64,000 nucleotides of DNA from assembly GCA_000092065.1 (NCBI GenBank), contig CP000598.1. One strand, 5' to 3'. The position numbers were made by a program, and so were the translations under genes. The DNA comes from Ostreococcus lucimarinus (taxonomy: Eukaryota). Shown piece by piece: positions 31,079 to 42,725 of this stretch (within the stretch, counting starts at the first letter, position 1; every line of letters begins with the position of its first letter). The notes below the pieces were generated by a model, which saw only the letters and a list, made by a program, of their open reading frames with translations, had not been told where the DNA came from and ran no database searches.

Positions 31079-32599
31079 TCACCAATACGTTCCGTCGACA
31101 GAGCTCTCAAAAGAGGTGATCGCCACCACGGCGCTGTATGCCCCATTACCGAGGACGAAAACGAACCGATACTCGCCACCATTTGATACACTGAAAACAA
31201 CACTGCTCGCGTCAGATCCGTGCGCGAAGATTTTCGTCCAAGATGATGTCGAACTCTCCAAGTACACATCGCATGAATCGTCAAAAATCAGAGACATAGT
31301 GTAAGAACCACTCGCCAAGGCGTACCAGCCAGAAATTGTGATCCAATTGTTGTTTGTGCCGTAAAAAGAATCGCCCGACGGTCCGCACGCATCGATCCAG
31401 CAGTGCCAGTGATTGCAAAATCCAGTGTTGAACGTTCGATCGGGCTCGTCTTTCTCCAAACACGGTTGACCGTCGATCGTCTCCCATCCGAGACCAATTG
31501 ACCCCGAAGTCTTTGAGTACGCCATGCCCACCTCTCGCCATGCACCCTCGCCACATTGTGTGTAATCGGAGACCCATGTGGAGGCGGCACACGTAGCGCT
31601 GAAAGAAAAGACTCGTTCTTTGACGACAGTTTCCGAAGGACGGCTGCTCCCTGAATATGAAGGTGAACGGTACCACACGTCACTGGATGACGGTCTTCCG
31701 CTTTGCGTCGTTTGACTCACCTGATTAGGACTCGGTGGCGGCGGACTCGGTGGCGGACTCGGCGGCGGGCTCGGCGGCGTCTCGCACGTTTCTCCCGACC
31801 AAGAGCCGGCACACACGCATGTCCACTGCGTGCCGTCGTACTGCAACTTTTCGCCTCCGGGAGGTATACATTTTGGTGGTAAAGTGCTGTTTGAAAGCGC
31901 GTCCACGCGCGCGAGAAGCTCGTTGATTCTGCTCAGCAACGCCGTTTCGTTCGCCTTGAGTTCGGCGTTCGTGGCGTTGAGCGCGTCCAGTCTGCTCGTC
32001 ATCGCAACATCGCTCGCCTTGAGTTCGGCGTTCGTGGCGTTGAGCGCGTCCAGTCTGCTCGTCATCACGGCACTCAACTCTACTTCCGTGGCGTTCAGAG
32101 CGTTCACGCGCGATTCTAAAGCCGCATGCGTCGACTCCACGGTATCAACTCGACTCGAAATGCCCACGCTCGAAGACGCGCCGCAGTACACGTCGCCGTC
32201 GACGCGCACCTTTTGTGTCTTCAAGACGATTTCGGCGTCCGTCCCAACGCTCTCCACGTACACGTCGCCGTCGTCGTTGGCGACCGTGACGCGCTTCAGC
32301 GTTGAATCGTGCGCCACGGGCTGCGCGGGGCGTCGAAAAGCAAAGAACGCGGTCAGTCGACTCGGGTCGGGCGGTCGGGGCGGGGAGCGAGAGATCGTTC
32401 GTTCGTTTGACGACGGTCGGTGGCGCCACGCACCCAGCGTTGTGCGCGCACGACGATCATCGCCGCGGCGAAAACGCTCGCGAACGCGCGGATCGATCGC
32501 GCCGCGCGCGGCGTTCGACGCGAGGGGCGTCGACGGCGTCGTCGGGCATCGTTCGCGGGGGGACGAAAGACGCTGTGAGGGTTTCGCCGCGCGATCCAC
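31079..32599 (-). CDS. Secreted/surface adhesin-like protein. It has 21-aa repeats that each carry an N-A-T sequon, an EGF-like Cys cluster, a Ser-Pro3 (extensin/HRGP-like) linker, and a C-terminal PA14/GLEYA-like domain. The start is uncertain because no ATG occurs at the ORF start; there may be an upstream exon.
   Basis: The repeats read TSRLDALNATNAELKA.... The linker is SPPPSPPPSPPPPSP. The C-terminal region has DDSCDVYL...GGEYRFVFVLGNGAYS. Confidence 0.45.
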   Translation of the reverse strand: MDRAAKPSQRLSSPRERCPTTPSTPLASNAARGAIDPRVRERFRRGDDRRARTTLGAWRHRPSSNERTISRSPPRPPDPSRLTAFFAFRRPAQPVAHDSTLKRVTVANDDGDVYVESVGTDAEIVLKTQKVRVDGDVYCGASSSVGISSRVDTVESTHAALESRVNALNATEVELSAVMTSRLDALNATNAELKASDVAMTSRLDALNATNAELKANETALLSRINELLARVDALSNSTLPPKCIPPGGEKLQYDGTQWTCVCAGSWSGETCETPPSPPPSPPPSPPPPSPNQVSQTTQSGRPSSSDVWYRSPSYSGSSRPSETVVKERVFSFSATCAASTWVSDYTQCGEGAWREVGMAYSKTSGSIGLGWETIDGQPCLEKDEPDRTFNTGFCNHWHCWIDACGPSGDSFYGTNNNWITISGWYALASGSYTMSLIFDDSCDVYLESSTSSWTKIFAHGSDASSVVFSVSNGGEYRFVFVLGNGAYSAVVAITSFESSVDGTYW

Positions 32600-32800
32600 G
32601 TCGACGCGAAAGAAGCGCGCCGTGCGCGATCGCGCGGCGTCGAACGCATAGCGGACGTACGACGCGCGCTTCGGCGGCGCGCGCGATGATCAGAGACGTC
32701 GCGCGCTTCGGCGACGCGCGTGCGGGCGCGGTGGCAGGAGCGGAGAAGAACGGCGCCACCGTCCGTCAGATTCGCAAAGACTGCGTACCGTGAACGCACG

Positions 32801-32880
32801 TCGCGATTTCCCGCGCCGCGCGTCGCGCGTCGTCGGGTGCTGTGGACCGACCCCGCGGTTTTGTGCGAAATGAAACGCGA
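32801..32880. repeat. Direct repeat of about 78 bp, recurring at 60352-60431, 27.55 kb away.
   Basis: The sequence gtcgcg(a/g)tttcccgcgccgcgcgtcgcgcgtcgtcgggtgctg...accgaccccgcggttttgtgcgaaatgaaa is near-identical at both sites. The flanks are unrelated. Confidence 0.6.
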
Positions 32881-33252
32881 ATGAAATCGGCGCGGACGTG
32901 ATTCGGATGCGGTGGCGTTACGTTCTGTTCCGATCCGCGTGCGCACGCACTTTTGTCACGTACTCACGCACATTTGTGTGGCATGTGATTACTCATGTGT
33001 GAAAAAAACGTTCCGAACCGTTCCGCACGGTTGTTCGAGGGTCGTCATCGGCGGAGAACGACGACAAAATTAAGGGGTATAAAGATTAGCGAATATGTAA
33101 ATGTAAGGAGTAACCATGGGCTCCAACGTTAATCGCCTCGAAATGCTTTCCGTTATCGATGACTTGCATGAAAAGTATCAACATTTACACCATAAATCGA
33201 AGCTCTAAACCCTAAACATAGTTTTCGTTTTTTTTGCTCAGGTTTCGCCAGG

Positions 33253-33366
33253 CACGTGTCAAAAATTGGCAAATTCTGAAACTCGTTTTTTGCTAGGGTT
33301 TAGCTTTAACGTCTCCGAACGCTCCGACGGGGAGGCGATGACGCCGCCGCCACTCGTCGACGCCTC
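33253..33366 (+). promoter_or_regulatory. Conserved upstream module (copy 1 of 4), containing ctagggtttagc and lying upstream of the giant DUF285 gene.
   Basis: It aligns with 46951-47065, 50010-50176 and 51756-51946. A CCCTAAA x2 interstitial telomere-like motif sits just upstream at 33196-33212. Confidence 0.4.
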
Positions 33367-33838
33367 CGTCCGCGGTCGTTCGCGTCGACATAGTTCAAGT
33401 GGTACCCTTGGACGACGGGCCCACCCGTGCGCACCCACGGGTGGGTGAAGTGCGTTTCCGTGGCGCGCCGTCGCCGTTCGGTCCTTCGCGGGCGACCGTA
33501 GCGCAACCGGGCGATCTCCGTGCGGGCGGCGCGACGCGACGCCGGTGCACGCATCGCAAGGGGCACACGCCGGGGGCACGGCGCCATTCGCGGCGAACGG
33601 TACGCCACCACACACGTTCGCAGCGGCGGACGGCATGCGTGGGCGGGTTGGAGGCAACGTTGTATTGAAAATTGCGTACAGCACTGTTGGGCAGACCGGC
33701 TCGTTGAAGCAGCATACGGATCTACGAGCGAAAGCATTTTCTCCGTCGAATATCATAGGGAAACAGCATGATAGATCAGTTGCACGGTCGAATCACAGTG
33801 CTCGAGCATCCTTCAGTTATCATACGTTGAAGGTGAAA

Positions 33839-36800
33839 ATGATTTTAACACTCGTATCCATCGCTATATCCATGGGAAATACACTTGCGAGTGGTAGCAT
33901 AGCGCTCACCGACGCAACGTTTTCTACTGCGATCGCTAGTTGCCTCGAGGAGGCAGCGTCGGATGGCCTGTGTACTTCTTACGGCTTTGCAAGTGGGTTC
34001 GGAGCGATGCCTGATTGGGACACGGGCAATGTCACGAACATGGGTAGTGCATTTTCGTCTAAATACTACTTCAATGCATCCATCGGGAACTGGAACACGT
34101 CGCGAGTGACGTATATGGGTTCCATGTTTCAGTCTGCGTATTCGTTTAATCAGGACATCGGGAACTGGAACACGTCGCAGGTGACGAACATGTATTCCAT
34201 GTTTCAGTCTGCGAATTCGTTTAATCAGGACATCGGGAACTGGAACACGGCGCGAGTGACGTATATGGGTTCCATGTTTCAGTATGCATCTTCGTTTGAT
34301 CAGGACATCGGGGGCTGGAACACGTCGCAGGTGACGAACATGTATTCCATGTTTCAGTATGCGTCTTCGTTTGATCAGGATATCGGGAACTGGAACACGT
34401 CGCGAGTGACGTATATGTATTCCATGTTTCAGGGCGCATCTGCGTTTGATCAGGACATCGGGGGCTGGAACACGTCGCGAGTGACCAATATGGGTTCCAT
34501 GTTTCAGTATGCATCTTCGTTTGATCAGGACATCACAAACTGGAACACGTCGCGAGTGACCAATATGGGTTCCATGTTTCAGTATGCATCTTCGTTTGAT
34601 CAGGACATCACAAACTGGAACACGGCGCGAGTAACGTACATGACCAACATTTTCCAAAACGCGACGGCGTTTCAGGCGAAATATACATGTTCGACCGTTC
34701 AATCTGGACCCATCGCATCGTGTTCGCAGTGCGTTGCAAACTGTGCCGCTTGTAGTAACACTGCGTCGGGTGTTTGTAGTGTTTGCATGACTGGGTACAC
34801 ATTAGACGGAGGAATGTGTGCGGCACCCGCTGCGGCGCTCACCGACGCAACGTTTTCTACTGCGATCGCTAGTTGCCTCGAGGAGGCAGCGTCGGATGGC
34901 CTGTGTACTTCTTACGGCTTTGCAAGTGGGTTCGGAGCGATGCCTGATTGGGACACGGGCAATGTCACGAACATGGGTAGTGCATTTTCGTCTAAATACT
35001 ACTTCAATGCATCCATCGGGAACTGGAACACGTCGCGAGTGACGTATATGGGTTCCATGTTTCAGTCTGCGTATTCGTTTAATCAGGACATCGGGAACTG
35101 GAACACGTCGCAGGTGACGAACATGTATTCCATGTTTCAGTCTGCGAATTCGTTTAATCAGGACATCGGGAACTGGAACACGGCGCGAGTGACGTATATG
35201 GGTTCCATGTTTCAGTATGCATCTTCGTTTGATCAGGACATCGGGGGCTGGAACACGTCGCAGGTGACGAACATGTATTCCATGTTTCAGTATGCGTCTT
35301 CGTTTGATCAGGATATCGGGAACTGGAACACGTCGCGAGTGACGTATATGTATTCCATGTTTCAGGGCGCATCTGCGTTTGATCAGGACATCGGGGGCTG
35401 GAACACGTCGCGAGTGACCAATATGGGTTCCATGTTTCAGTATGCATCTTCGTTTGATCAGGACATCACAAACTGGAACACGTCGCGAGTGACCAATATG
35501 GGTTCCATGTTTCAGTATGCATCTTCGTTTGATCAGGACATCACAAACTGGAACACGGCGCGAGTAACGTACATGACCAACATTTTCCAAAACGCGACGG
35601 CGTTTCAGGCGAAATATACATGTTCGACCGTTCAATCTGGACCCATCGCATCGTGTCGATCGGGGTCACCATTTCAGAATTCGACCGAGTTGAAGCTTGC
35701 GGTCGACAGCTGTTTACTCGCGGATCCAACAGGAAATTGTGATTGCAGAAGTTCTCTGGTCGACTGCCGGGCGGCGAGCGGCGATTCAATATCGAAATGG
35801 GATACACGCTTCGTAACGAATATGAGCTCCTTGTTTGCAGGATCAGATCAATTTAACGCAGATTTAGGTGCTTGGAACACAAGTGCCGTTACTTCGATGT
35901 CGCACATGTTTCATGGAGCCGCTGCGTTCAACAAAGACATTAGTGGTACGTATAATGCGAATATCTTCGCGTGGGACGTGAGCGGCGTGACGGACATGAC
36001 TCGAATGTTCGAAGGCGCTAATAGTTTCGCTCAGGACATCAGCTCGTGGAACGTGGTGAACGTCGCGAGCATGGACAGTATGTTTTCGGGCGCAAACGCG
36101 TTCAACGCGCCCATCGGCAGTTGGAACACAGACGGCGTGACAAACATGTTTCAGATGTTCCACTCAGCACATGTGTTCGATCAACCAATCGGAAGCTGGA
36201 ACACGGAACGGGTGACGAGCATGCAGTGCATGTTCATGTATGCGCGTGAATTCAATCAGGATATCAGCTCCTGGAACACGGTCAACGTGGTAAATATGTG
36301 GGATATGTTTAATAGTGCGGATGCGTTCAACCAGAACATTGGGTTATGGAACACAGAGGAGGTGACGGATATGAGATACATGTTCTATAACGCGGGTGCG
36401 TTCAACCAGCCCATAGGGTCGTGGAACACCGCCAATGTCACGACCATGCGATCTATGTTTCAGGGCGCATCTGCGTTTAATCAGGACATCGGAAACTGGA
36501 ACACGACTTCTGTCACGGACATGTACAGCATGTTTGGTAGCGCGACGGCGTTCAATCAGAACATCACGGGATGGCACACGCCGAATACTGGTATTACTTG
36601 CGATTCATCGCAAACGGCGTGTGGTGATACAGGGTGTTTTGACATCGGTAATTGTGCTGCTGCGATGTTTTCCGGTGCGACAGCTTGGTTAGCGAGGTAT
36701 GCTCGCATGGATGGGAATGCGTCGAGCACCGATGGACCTCCGTCTCAGTGGGTCGGCCCGACACCATTTTTGAGTCGAGACGCTTTAGTCGCGGCGGTTG

Positions 36801-39800
36801 ATAATTGCTTGACCGAGGACGAGACGGGAAGTTGCGATTGCTCTGATTACGACGTCGATTGTGGCGCCGCCGTAAAGCTGCCGATCACGGAATGGGACGT
36901 GAGCCTCATCGTGGATATGAACGAGCTATTTAAGGCTCGAGCAGCTTTCAATCAACCGGTTGGTGTTTGGAACACTAGTAGCGTGACGGATATGAGCGGC
37001 ATGTTTGAGAGCGCATCCGCGTTTAACCAGCCCGTTGGTAACTGGAACACGGGTAGTGTGACGGACATGAGCGGCATGTTTGAGAGCGCATCCGCGTTTA
37101 ACCAGCCCATTGGTAACTGGGCCACGGGCAGTGTGGCGGATATGAGCGGGATGTTTGAGAGCGCATCTGAATTCAATCAGAATATTAGTAGCTGGTCAGT
37201 CGCTTCTGTGGTGAACATGCAATCCATGTTTTCCTCTGCTTCATCCTTCGAGCAAGACATCACTGGATGGATTTCAACTAGTGTCACGACGGACATGGCG
37301 ACGGACATGTTTCTCTCTGCGACAGCTTGGCTGCGAACATTCGCACGCACAGATGGCGAAGACACCCCCCATGGTCCACCATCCGATTGGGGCGAACCGT
37401 GTGGCAATGGGTGGTACGATGAGAAAGTTCAGGGGGAGAAGGAGGATGACTTTTGTGAGCCAAAAGTGAACGGGATTGAAGTGAAAGGATGTGCAGATGA
37501 CTGCAAAGTAAAAACGAACTGGAAGTGCGACAATGTCGACTTGCTACGCCCCGGTGATGACTTCGACAGCTACAATTGTACGTGCGACAACCCGGTGGGC
37601 ACGTATGCATCACCTAATCTTGATAATGATTGTGCTCGCACAGATTGCGTTTATGTCGAACGGTGTCTCGCTAACGGCCTAGGCTGTGCGCCCGGTGCCG
37701 GTGGAATGTGGGACGTGGGACGTGGAACGTGGGACGCGGTGAACGCATGCGGCAAGTGCTTGAGGGCCGCTGATATTGCCGAGCTCCCACTCAACGAACG
37801 AAGTAGGCACAACAAGGCTGGCTATTACAAGACTGGGCAGACGTGCACGGCTTGTCCTGCGACATCAGCCGCGGGACTTTTCGCTGCGGCTGCGGTTGTC
37901 GTCGTCCTCGCTTTTTGTGGTTTCAAAGCCTCTCAATTGATGGGCGCTCAAGCGACGAACAATTTGAAGAAAATTGTCGAGTCGCTGCAGTTCTTCTCTC
38001 TTTCGCTCAGTATGAGTATCAAGTGGCCTGGGCCCGTACTCAATCTCGGTAAATATTTGGAAGCTTTCACGTTCAGCATTGAGTTTCTACGACCCCAATG
38101 CGTCGCTGCGGGGCTGGATTGGCTCAATATATTTTTGTCCTCGGTGTTTGTCGTTCCCGCTCTCATCTTCATAATCATCGTCGTGAACAATAGACGGGCG
38201 AGGCACCGTTACAAAACAACGGTGCGCGCGATCGACAGTGAACGACACGAGGATGGCGAAACGGTCTACTGGATCGAGAAACCAGGGTTCCTGTGGGGTA
38301 CGCGGAGAGCTTACGAGTCCAAGGGCGGAGATAAGATTGTTCGTGAGTTGCAGCGCCAGTATCGGTTTCGAGCCGCGCTTCGATCTTTCGGCGTACTGTC
38401 ACTGACCATCCTGTACCTTCCCATCGTGCGTATGTGCCTTCAGTCATACGATTGCATAAAGATAGACGGCGTGGATGGGCTTCGATTGGAGCATGACATA
38501 GATATCCTCTGTGAAAGCGAAGGGCACGTGATCATCCAGGCCGCCGCCGCGGTGATGTTGGCCATTGTCGGTATCGGCATGCCAATTTACGTCGTTATGC
38601 AAGTTCGTAAGATCCGTTTGAGTGGTAAACTGGATGATCCGCAGACTATCGACTCGTATGGTCCGTTCTACGACGTCTACCGGCGCGAGGAGCTCACACA
38701 TGATCACAAATTGGAGATTGCGAGGATTCGACAAACCGCGGTCGAGTCGTCCTCATTTCGACGAGGCGAAGGCACGAGCGACGAACGTCCTTTCGATGCA
38801 GCAACTGATGATATTGCAGAAGAAATCGCAAATGAAGTCAGGGTCGACACGGAAGAAGATTCAAGCGACGTCGATCGTGTTGACGTCGAGGACGATAGTG
38901 GCACTCCACCACCTCAGAAAGTTTCATCCGGTCTCGGTAAGCTCGCTCGGGCGTTAACGATGACGAAGTCTGCTTTAGGCCGGACGACGTCAGCGAAAGC
39001 GCGCGAACGGGCACATCGAATGCACTGGAAGGACAGGTTCGCGCTTCACTACCTGGCCGTTGAACTAGTGCAGAAGAGTTGCGTCATTTTGACGACGTCT
39101 CCGATAGTGGCCGAAACCGCGGTGAGCGGTTGGGCTCTGGTTGTCGTACACTGGTTTACCGGCGCCTTCGTCTACGTGTGTCAGCCTTGGCGCATCATGA
39201 CGCTCGGCTTCGGCAAATACAAGGTGCGAAATTGCTTGAACAAAGTCGAGTCCTTGGCTGGATTTTTGCAGGGCGTGGGACCGTTCTTGGCAATGATCTT
39301 CCCTGTTCAGAGAAACGAGTTCGGTGAGGTGAAGCAAACTGTGACACTCTCAGCCATAACTGTCCTGCTGACCATCATAATCACCGGGCTGCTTTCTATT
39401 CGTATCATTGTTTTCGTCGGCGAACGCGTCGCCGTCAAACGAAAGAAGATGGATATCGACAAGGATCCCGAGAAATGCATGCAAAATGTTCACAAACAAC
39501 TGGTCAAGCTCGCAACCAACAGAGCGATTGTGAGCATGTTTGCTTTCAAGGCAGATTTCGACATTAAGCGCCGTAAAGCACGCGCGAGGCTGGAAGATAC
39601 TCGCCAAGCGATGTTATCGCGCATCGATATCTTGAAGTCACAACAGACCGACGAGGACCATTCCGATAAAATTACCGCGTTGTACGAAGTGGCGAATGAA
39701 ATGGCACACATCGTGAATACGATCGTACCCCAAGCACCGCCAACAGGTCCAAACGCAGAAGGGTGTATCGAATTGCTGGATGAACAACTGGCATCAATTC

Positions 39801-41368
39801 TCAAGGACGTCGACGTCCGAGCGCAGGCGAACGCGTTAGACGCTCCGAATTCTGCGGCGGTACATATCGTGATGAAGGTCCACGCGTTCGATACAATCAT
39901 ATGTCGACTTGACGAACATTTGCTCGAATTCGCGGCGGCAGAACGTGTGAGTGAGCTCGCCGAGCTGGGTCGAAGACACGCTGAATTACGACATACGCGA
40001 CGTTGTGTCGCGATAGGTTTCGGCGACGCAGAGCTTCGAGCTACTTTCGATGCGCTAAGATCGTGCATCGAGGCACTCCGCCATGCCGTTGAGAACGACG
40101 ACTTCGAAGCTGTATTCACAACTTTCAATGGTGGGAAGGAGATCATTGATTCTCACTTACGATGGTGTCGGGATCAATGTGAATTGTTCAAGAGCGCCGA
40201 GGACGAGCACCCCGATTTCCTCGAGGACGAGCCTCCACTGACGACCGAGTTTTTCAAGGCGACAGTCAAGGTGATACAATCCCATGAAAAGCAACTGTCT
40301 AAATTTAAATCGGAATGTATTCGTAACTGGCCCCCGCTTTTCAAGAACTTTGGCCGCGTCAAGTACATACAAGGCTTTGCTGAGCAACTTCAGAATCAAC
40401 TCCATCTCGATCTCAATGAAAGCACGCCGGAGGAGGCCAAGGCTGTTTTCGATCAGGTGTTGGCCTTCACAGATGGCTTCGCGCTTTGGTGCGGCGATTT
40501 AGTGGCACAGGTCGAAGGCTCAGATGTCTTCATCTTGTTTGAGCCAATCGCCCGCGCGATGGTGGAAAGCTTGAAAGCCATCAGAGCAGACGCTGAGTCG
40601 CAAAGTGCACTCGCGAGGCAAGCATTGAGTACGATAGATTATGTGGTGACGCAACGGGCGTTGGCCGCAACGACGCGGTCGGGCTTGCAGACAGCACTCG
40701 CGGATGGTACGTCTGCGCTTGAAGACCAGCTCGCCGCAGAAATTGCAGACATGGACGCTGCGAAGATTTCTCGAGAGACTACTTTCGAGACCGAAAAGAT
40801 GCGCACCGAGGAAGCTTTGAATACATTAGAGCAAGAGTTGGACGGTAGGCGAGCGGTTTTAGAGGACGACATTCGATCGCAACAGGACACTATCGCGCGG
40901 CTACAAAACTTGAAACGGGAAGAGGCCGCGGCATCGAGCTCTATAAACCCGTTGAAATGGGAGCGTTTCAGTCGAAGCACTGAGCTCGCCGAAGCTGTAA
41001 GTGCACTCCGTATGAGCAAACAAAACTTGAAGAATGAAGAGCTTGCAAATGAGAAGGCCCGCGGGGATGCGCGTAAGGCGGTTCATTCGTTGGAACGGGG
41101 CCTGAAAAAGGACCTGGTCGAATGTGACGTCCGAGCAAAGAAAATCCGAGACGATGTGGCAAAGGAGCTGAAGAAACAAACTATGGATGCTCAGAGGAAG
41201 ACACCCGAAGATGCTAAAGCCCATAAGGCTAGTCTGGCTTCCAGGCGCGCGGTGTTCCAGCAACAACGCGCCGCCGCTAAACTCATCGCGAGCGAAAGTA
41301 GAGAAGCTACGCGAATTCAAGCACAGCTTGCATACTACATGCGAAATTTAAAGGCGCGCGAATCGTGA
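33839..41368 (+). CDS. Giant (about 2500 aa) type I transmembrane protein with the following layout:
- signal peptide ([19 protein letters not shown]);
- about 40 DUF285 (PF03382, 'Mycoplasma lipoprotein'-type, ~26 aa) repeats in four blocks;
- Cys-rich modules;
- a TM/multi-TM region;
- a long cytoplasmic coiled-coil domain that is shared with the gene at 51947-53832.
   Basis: The repeat unit is FQ(Y/S)[14 protein letters not shown](R/Q)VT(N/Y)M(G/Y)SMF. The hydrophobic stretch [17 protein letters not shown] is at about 37.87 kb. The first ATG in frame with a signal peptide is at 33839. Confidence 0.75.
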   Translation: MILTLVSIAISMGNTLASGSIALTDATFSTAIASCLEEAASDGLCTSYGFASGFGAMPDWDTGNVTNMGSAFSSKYYFNASIGNWNTSRVTYMGSMFQSAYSFNQDIGNWNTSQVTNMYSMFQSANSFNQDIGNWNTARVTYMGSMFQYASSFDQDIGGWNTSQVTNMYSMFQYASSFDQDIGNWNTSRVTYMYSMFQGASAFDQDIGGWNTSRVTNMGSMFQYASSFDQDITNWNTSRVTNMGSMFQYASSFDQDITNWNTARVTYMTNIFQNATAFQAKYTCSTVQSGPIASCSQCVANCAACSNTASGVCSVCMTGYTLDGGMCAAPAAALTDATFSTAIASCLEEAASDGLCTSYGFASGFGAMPDWDTGNVTNMGSAFSSKYYFNASIGNWNTSRVTYMGSMFQSAYSFNQDIGNWNTSQVTNMYSMFQSANSFNQDIGNWNTARVTYMGSMFQYASSFDQDIGGWNTSQVTNMYSMFQYASSFDQDIGNWNTSRVTYMYSMFQGASAFDQDIGGWNTSRVTNMGSMFQYASSFDQDITNWNTSRVTNMGSMFQYASSFDQDITNWNTARVTYMTNIFQNATAFQAKYTCSTVQSGPIASCRSGSPFQNSTELKLAVDSCLLADPTGNCDCRSSLVDCRAASGDSISKWDTRFVTNMSSLFAGSDQFNADLGAWNTSAVTSMSHMFHGAAAFNKDISGTYNANIFAWDVSGVTDMTRMFEGANSFAQDISSWNVVNVASMDSMFSGANAFNAPIGSWNTDGVTNMFQMFHSAHVFDQPIGSWNTERVTSMQCMFMYAREFNQDISSWNTVNVVNMWDMFNSADAFNQNIGLWNTEEVTDMRYMFYNAGAFNQPIGSWNTANVTTMRSMFQGASAFNQDIGNWNTTSVTDMYSMFGSATAFNQNITGWHTPNTGITCDSSQTACGDTGCFDIGNCAAAMFSGATAWLARYARMDGNASSTDGPPSQWVGPTPFLSRDALVAAVDNCLTEDETGSCDCSDYDVDCGAAVKLPITEWDVSLIVDMNELFKARAAFNQPVGVWNTSSVTDMSGMFESASAFNQPVGNWNTGSVTDMSGMFESASAFNQPIGNWATGSVADMSGMFESASEFNQNISSWSVASVVNMQSMFSSASSFEQDITGWISTSVTTDMATDMFLSATAWLRTFARTDGEDTPHGPPSDWGEPCGNGWYDEKVQGEKEDDFCEPKVNGIEVKGCADDCKVKTNWKCDNVDLLRPGDDFDSYNCTCDNPVGTYASPNLDNDCARTDCVYVERCLANGLGCAPGAGGMWDVGRGTWDAVNACGKCLRAADIAELPLNERSRHNKAGYYKTGQTCTACPATSAAGLFAAAAVVVVLAFCGFKASQLMGAQATNNLKKIVESLQFFSLSLSMSIKWPGPVLNLGKYLEAFTFSIEFLRPQCVAAGLDWLNIFLSSVFVVPALIFIIIVVNNRRARHRYKTTVRAIDSERHEDGETVYWIEKPGFLWGTRRAYESKGGDKIVRELQRQYRFRAALRSFGVLSLTILYLPIVRMCLQSYDCIKIDGVDGLRLEHDIDILCESEGHVIIQAAAAVMLAIVGIGMPIYVVMQVRKIRLSGKLDDPQTIDSYGPFYDVYRREELTHDHKLEIARIRQTAVESSSFRRGEGTSDERPFDAATDDIAEEIANEVRVDTEEDSSDVDRVDVEDDSGTPPPQKVSSGLGKLARALTMTKSALGRTTSAKARERAHRMHWKDRFALHYLAVELVQKSCVILTTSPIVAETAVSGWALVVVHWFTGAFVYVCQPWRIMTLGFGKYKVRNCLNKVESLAGFLQGVGPFLAMIFPVQRNEFGEVKQTVTLSAITVLLTIIITGLLSIRIIVFVGERVAVKRKKMDIDKDPEKCMQNVHKQLVKLATNRAIVSMFAFKADFDIKRRKARARLEDTRQAMLSRIDILKSQQTDEDHSDKITALYEVANEMAHIVNTIVPQAPPTGPNAEGCIELLDEQLASILKDVDVRAQANALDAPNSAAVHIVMKVHAFDTIICRLDEHLLEFAAAERVSELAELGRRHAELRHTRRCVAIGFGDAELRATFDALRSCIEALRHAVENDDFEAVFTTFNGGKEIIDSHLRWCRDQCELFKSAEDEHPDFLEDEPPLTTEFFKATVKVIQSHEKQLSKFKSECIRNWPPLFKNFGRVKYIQGFAEQLQNQLHLDLNESTPEEAKAVFDQVLAFTDGFALWCGDLVAQVEGSDVFILFEPIARAMVESLKAIRADAESQSALARQALSTIDYVVTQRALAATTRSGLQTALADGTSALEDQLAAEIADMDAAKISRETTFETEKMRTEEALNTLEQELDGRRAVLEDDIRSQQDTIARLQNLKREEAAASSSINPLKWERFSRSTELAEAVSALRMSKQNLKNEELANEKARGDARKAVHSLERGLKKDLVECDVRAKKIRDDVAKELKKQTMDAQRKTPEDAKAHKASLASRRAVFQQQRAAAKLIASESREATRIQAQLAYYMRNLKARES
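33902..35767 (+). repeat. Perfect in-frame tandem duplication: two units of 933 bp (311 aa). Bases 33902-34723 are identical to 34835-35656, and each unit encodes 10 DUF285 repeats.
   Basis: Read directly. The antisense ORFs at 33845-34702 and 34802-35635 translate identically over 277 aa. Confidence 0.8.
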
Positions 41369-41702
41369 TATAACGGTCGACTACGAGGAATACACGCATA
41401 GTCGAAACATGAGCACCCTGTCGCAGAAGGAGCTGAGTTTCCGCTTCGTTACGGATGAGATTGTGCGAGAAGACATGCCACATTCAAATTCGGGGCGATG
41501 GCTCACAAATCAGGCAAGAGAAGACAGGTGCACGTGCAAACTCTCAGCGGAACGAGTTGGTCGTCTCGAAGATCTCGGTGTTTGGTGAGACCAAGCCGAC
41601 GCACAGGAGGAGCACTTCGATGCCTGGAGGTACAGAAGATGTAACTCATCTTAAGCGTACGACTATTCAGACCTTGGGGGTTCCGCTTAAGATTTCTTCG
41701 GA

Positions 41703-42020
41703 ATGGAATCTCTGAACGCAAGGCGTGGATGTACATTAAACCATGAACGAGGCGGGCCACGGTTCGATTTTTTGGATTACAAGTGTAGGTCTACTTTTAC
41801 GTTTCGTGGACTCTGCTTGAGTCGGCCGATGTCACCATGTCAGTCAGGTGCTTCGAGTGCACTAGAGACGTGACCGCCCATACACAGGACGTCGAGCTCG
41901 GCGTGCCTGATTTCACGACTCGGCGACCATGGTTTGAAACCGAAATGACCATCGGCTTCAGGCCCAGGCGCGGCCGCAATGCTACTTTAAACTTAATATT
42001 TTTTTTTTGAAAAAAGAGTA
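41703..42020. repeat. Dispersed repeat of about 310 bp, with a second copy at 48395-48703. It ends in a T10/A6 tract and is flanked by taagat(t/c)tcttc(a/g)gaa. It is absent from the otherwise homologous position at ~54130.
   Basis: The two copies are about 93% identical over ~300 bp. The site is empty in the paralogous segment. Confidence 0.45.
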
Positions 42021-42227
42021 GTAAGAGTAATAAAAATAAACTTTTTTTTGTTTGAGTTGGGGCACCCCAACATGATAAAACCGCACATCGCGGCGAGCCG
42101 CGCGACGACGATCACTTCGGTCACATTTCCAGTCAGTGATTCTCGTCGTGTGATTCATCGTGTTTGACGTCGACGTTGATGTACCACATGTAAGATCTCT
42201 TCAGAACCAATCGTGTGAGTGAAGTGT

Positions 42228-42725
42228 TCAGGCCAAGTCGCGTAACTCATCTAGCGTAAATTGATACTTGTCGAGACTGCGCTTTGAAGGCAGCGTGCCA
42301 CGCGCTCGAGCATTCTTGAGGCACGTCTTACGCAGTATTCTTTTCGCGTGCTGCTTGTAATAATTGAGTTGTCTGTAGTTACCATCGCCGCCGTCACGCT
42401 TCGGCGTATATTGGGCTCTGCTGTAGGCTTGACTCTCGTCCACGTTCTCGTGACACGCGTGTTTCTGGCTGCGTCCAGCAGCTCGGGAGTTGAATAAGCC
42501 GTCGCGCTTCTCTCTCATGTATGCACTTTTACGTTGATGGAGCTCTCCAGCTGGAATGTCCTTTTCGAGAACTCTCACGTCCGCGTCGCCAAACGTGAAG
42601 ATTGGATGTCGTGCGTATTTATGCGAGGCAAGGCGCGCTCTGAGCGAACCTGTCGTCGATCCGATGTACGTTTTGTCACATTTCGCATTATCGCTAAACA
42701 TTTCGTACACGCACCCCGTAGGCAT
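42228..42725 (-). CDS. Standalone GIY-YIG family nuclease (homing-endonuclease-like), 165 aa, copy A.
   Basis: GCVYEMFSDNAKCDKTYIGSTTGSLRARLASHKY gives GIY-(11)-YIG, then Arg, then His. The catalytic Glu/Asn context MREKRDGLFNS is present, and there is a basic C-terminal tail. The ATG was verified. Confidence 0.7.
   Translation of the reverse strand: MPTGCVYEMFSDNAKCDKTYIGSTTGSLRARLASHKYARHPIFTFGDADVRVLEKDIPAGELHQRKSAYMREKRDGLFNSRAAGRSQKHACHENVDESQAYSRAQYTPKRDGGDGNYRQLNYYKQHAKRILRKTCLKNARARGTLPSKRSLDKYQFTLDELRDLA

Noticed and set aside
33845-35635. 285- and 277-aa ORFs on the minus strand, plus nested 97-aa ORFs
   Set aside because: They are antisense shadows of the DUF285 tandem duplication; their identical repeats mirror the plus-strand repeats.
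33902-35767. Considered whether the identical tandem units could be a CRISPR-like array
   Set aside because: The units are 933 bp, coding, in frame and eukaryotic. They have no spacer/repeat architecture.
41455-41760. Small ORFs conserved between the 3' flanks of the giant gene and the ARM gene (e.g. MAHKSGKRRQ... / MPTNQRQAKE...)
   Set aside because: The conservation is explained by the paralogous 3' flank duplication. The translations diverge by indels, so this is more likely UTR or regulatory sequence than coding.
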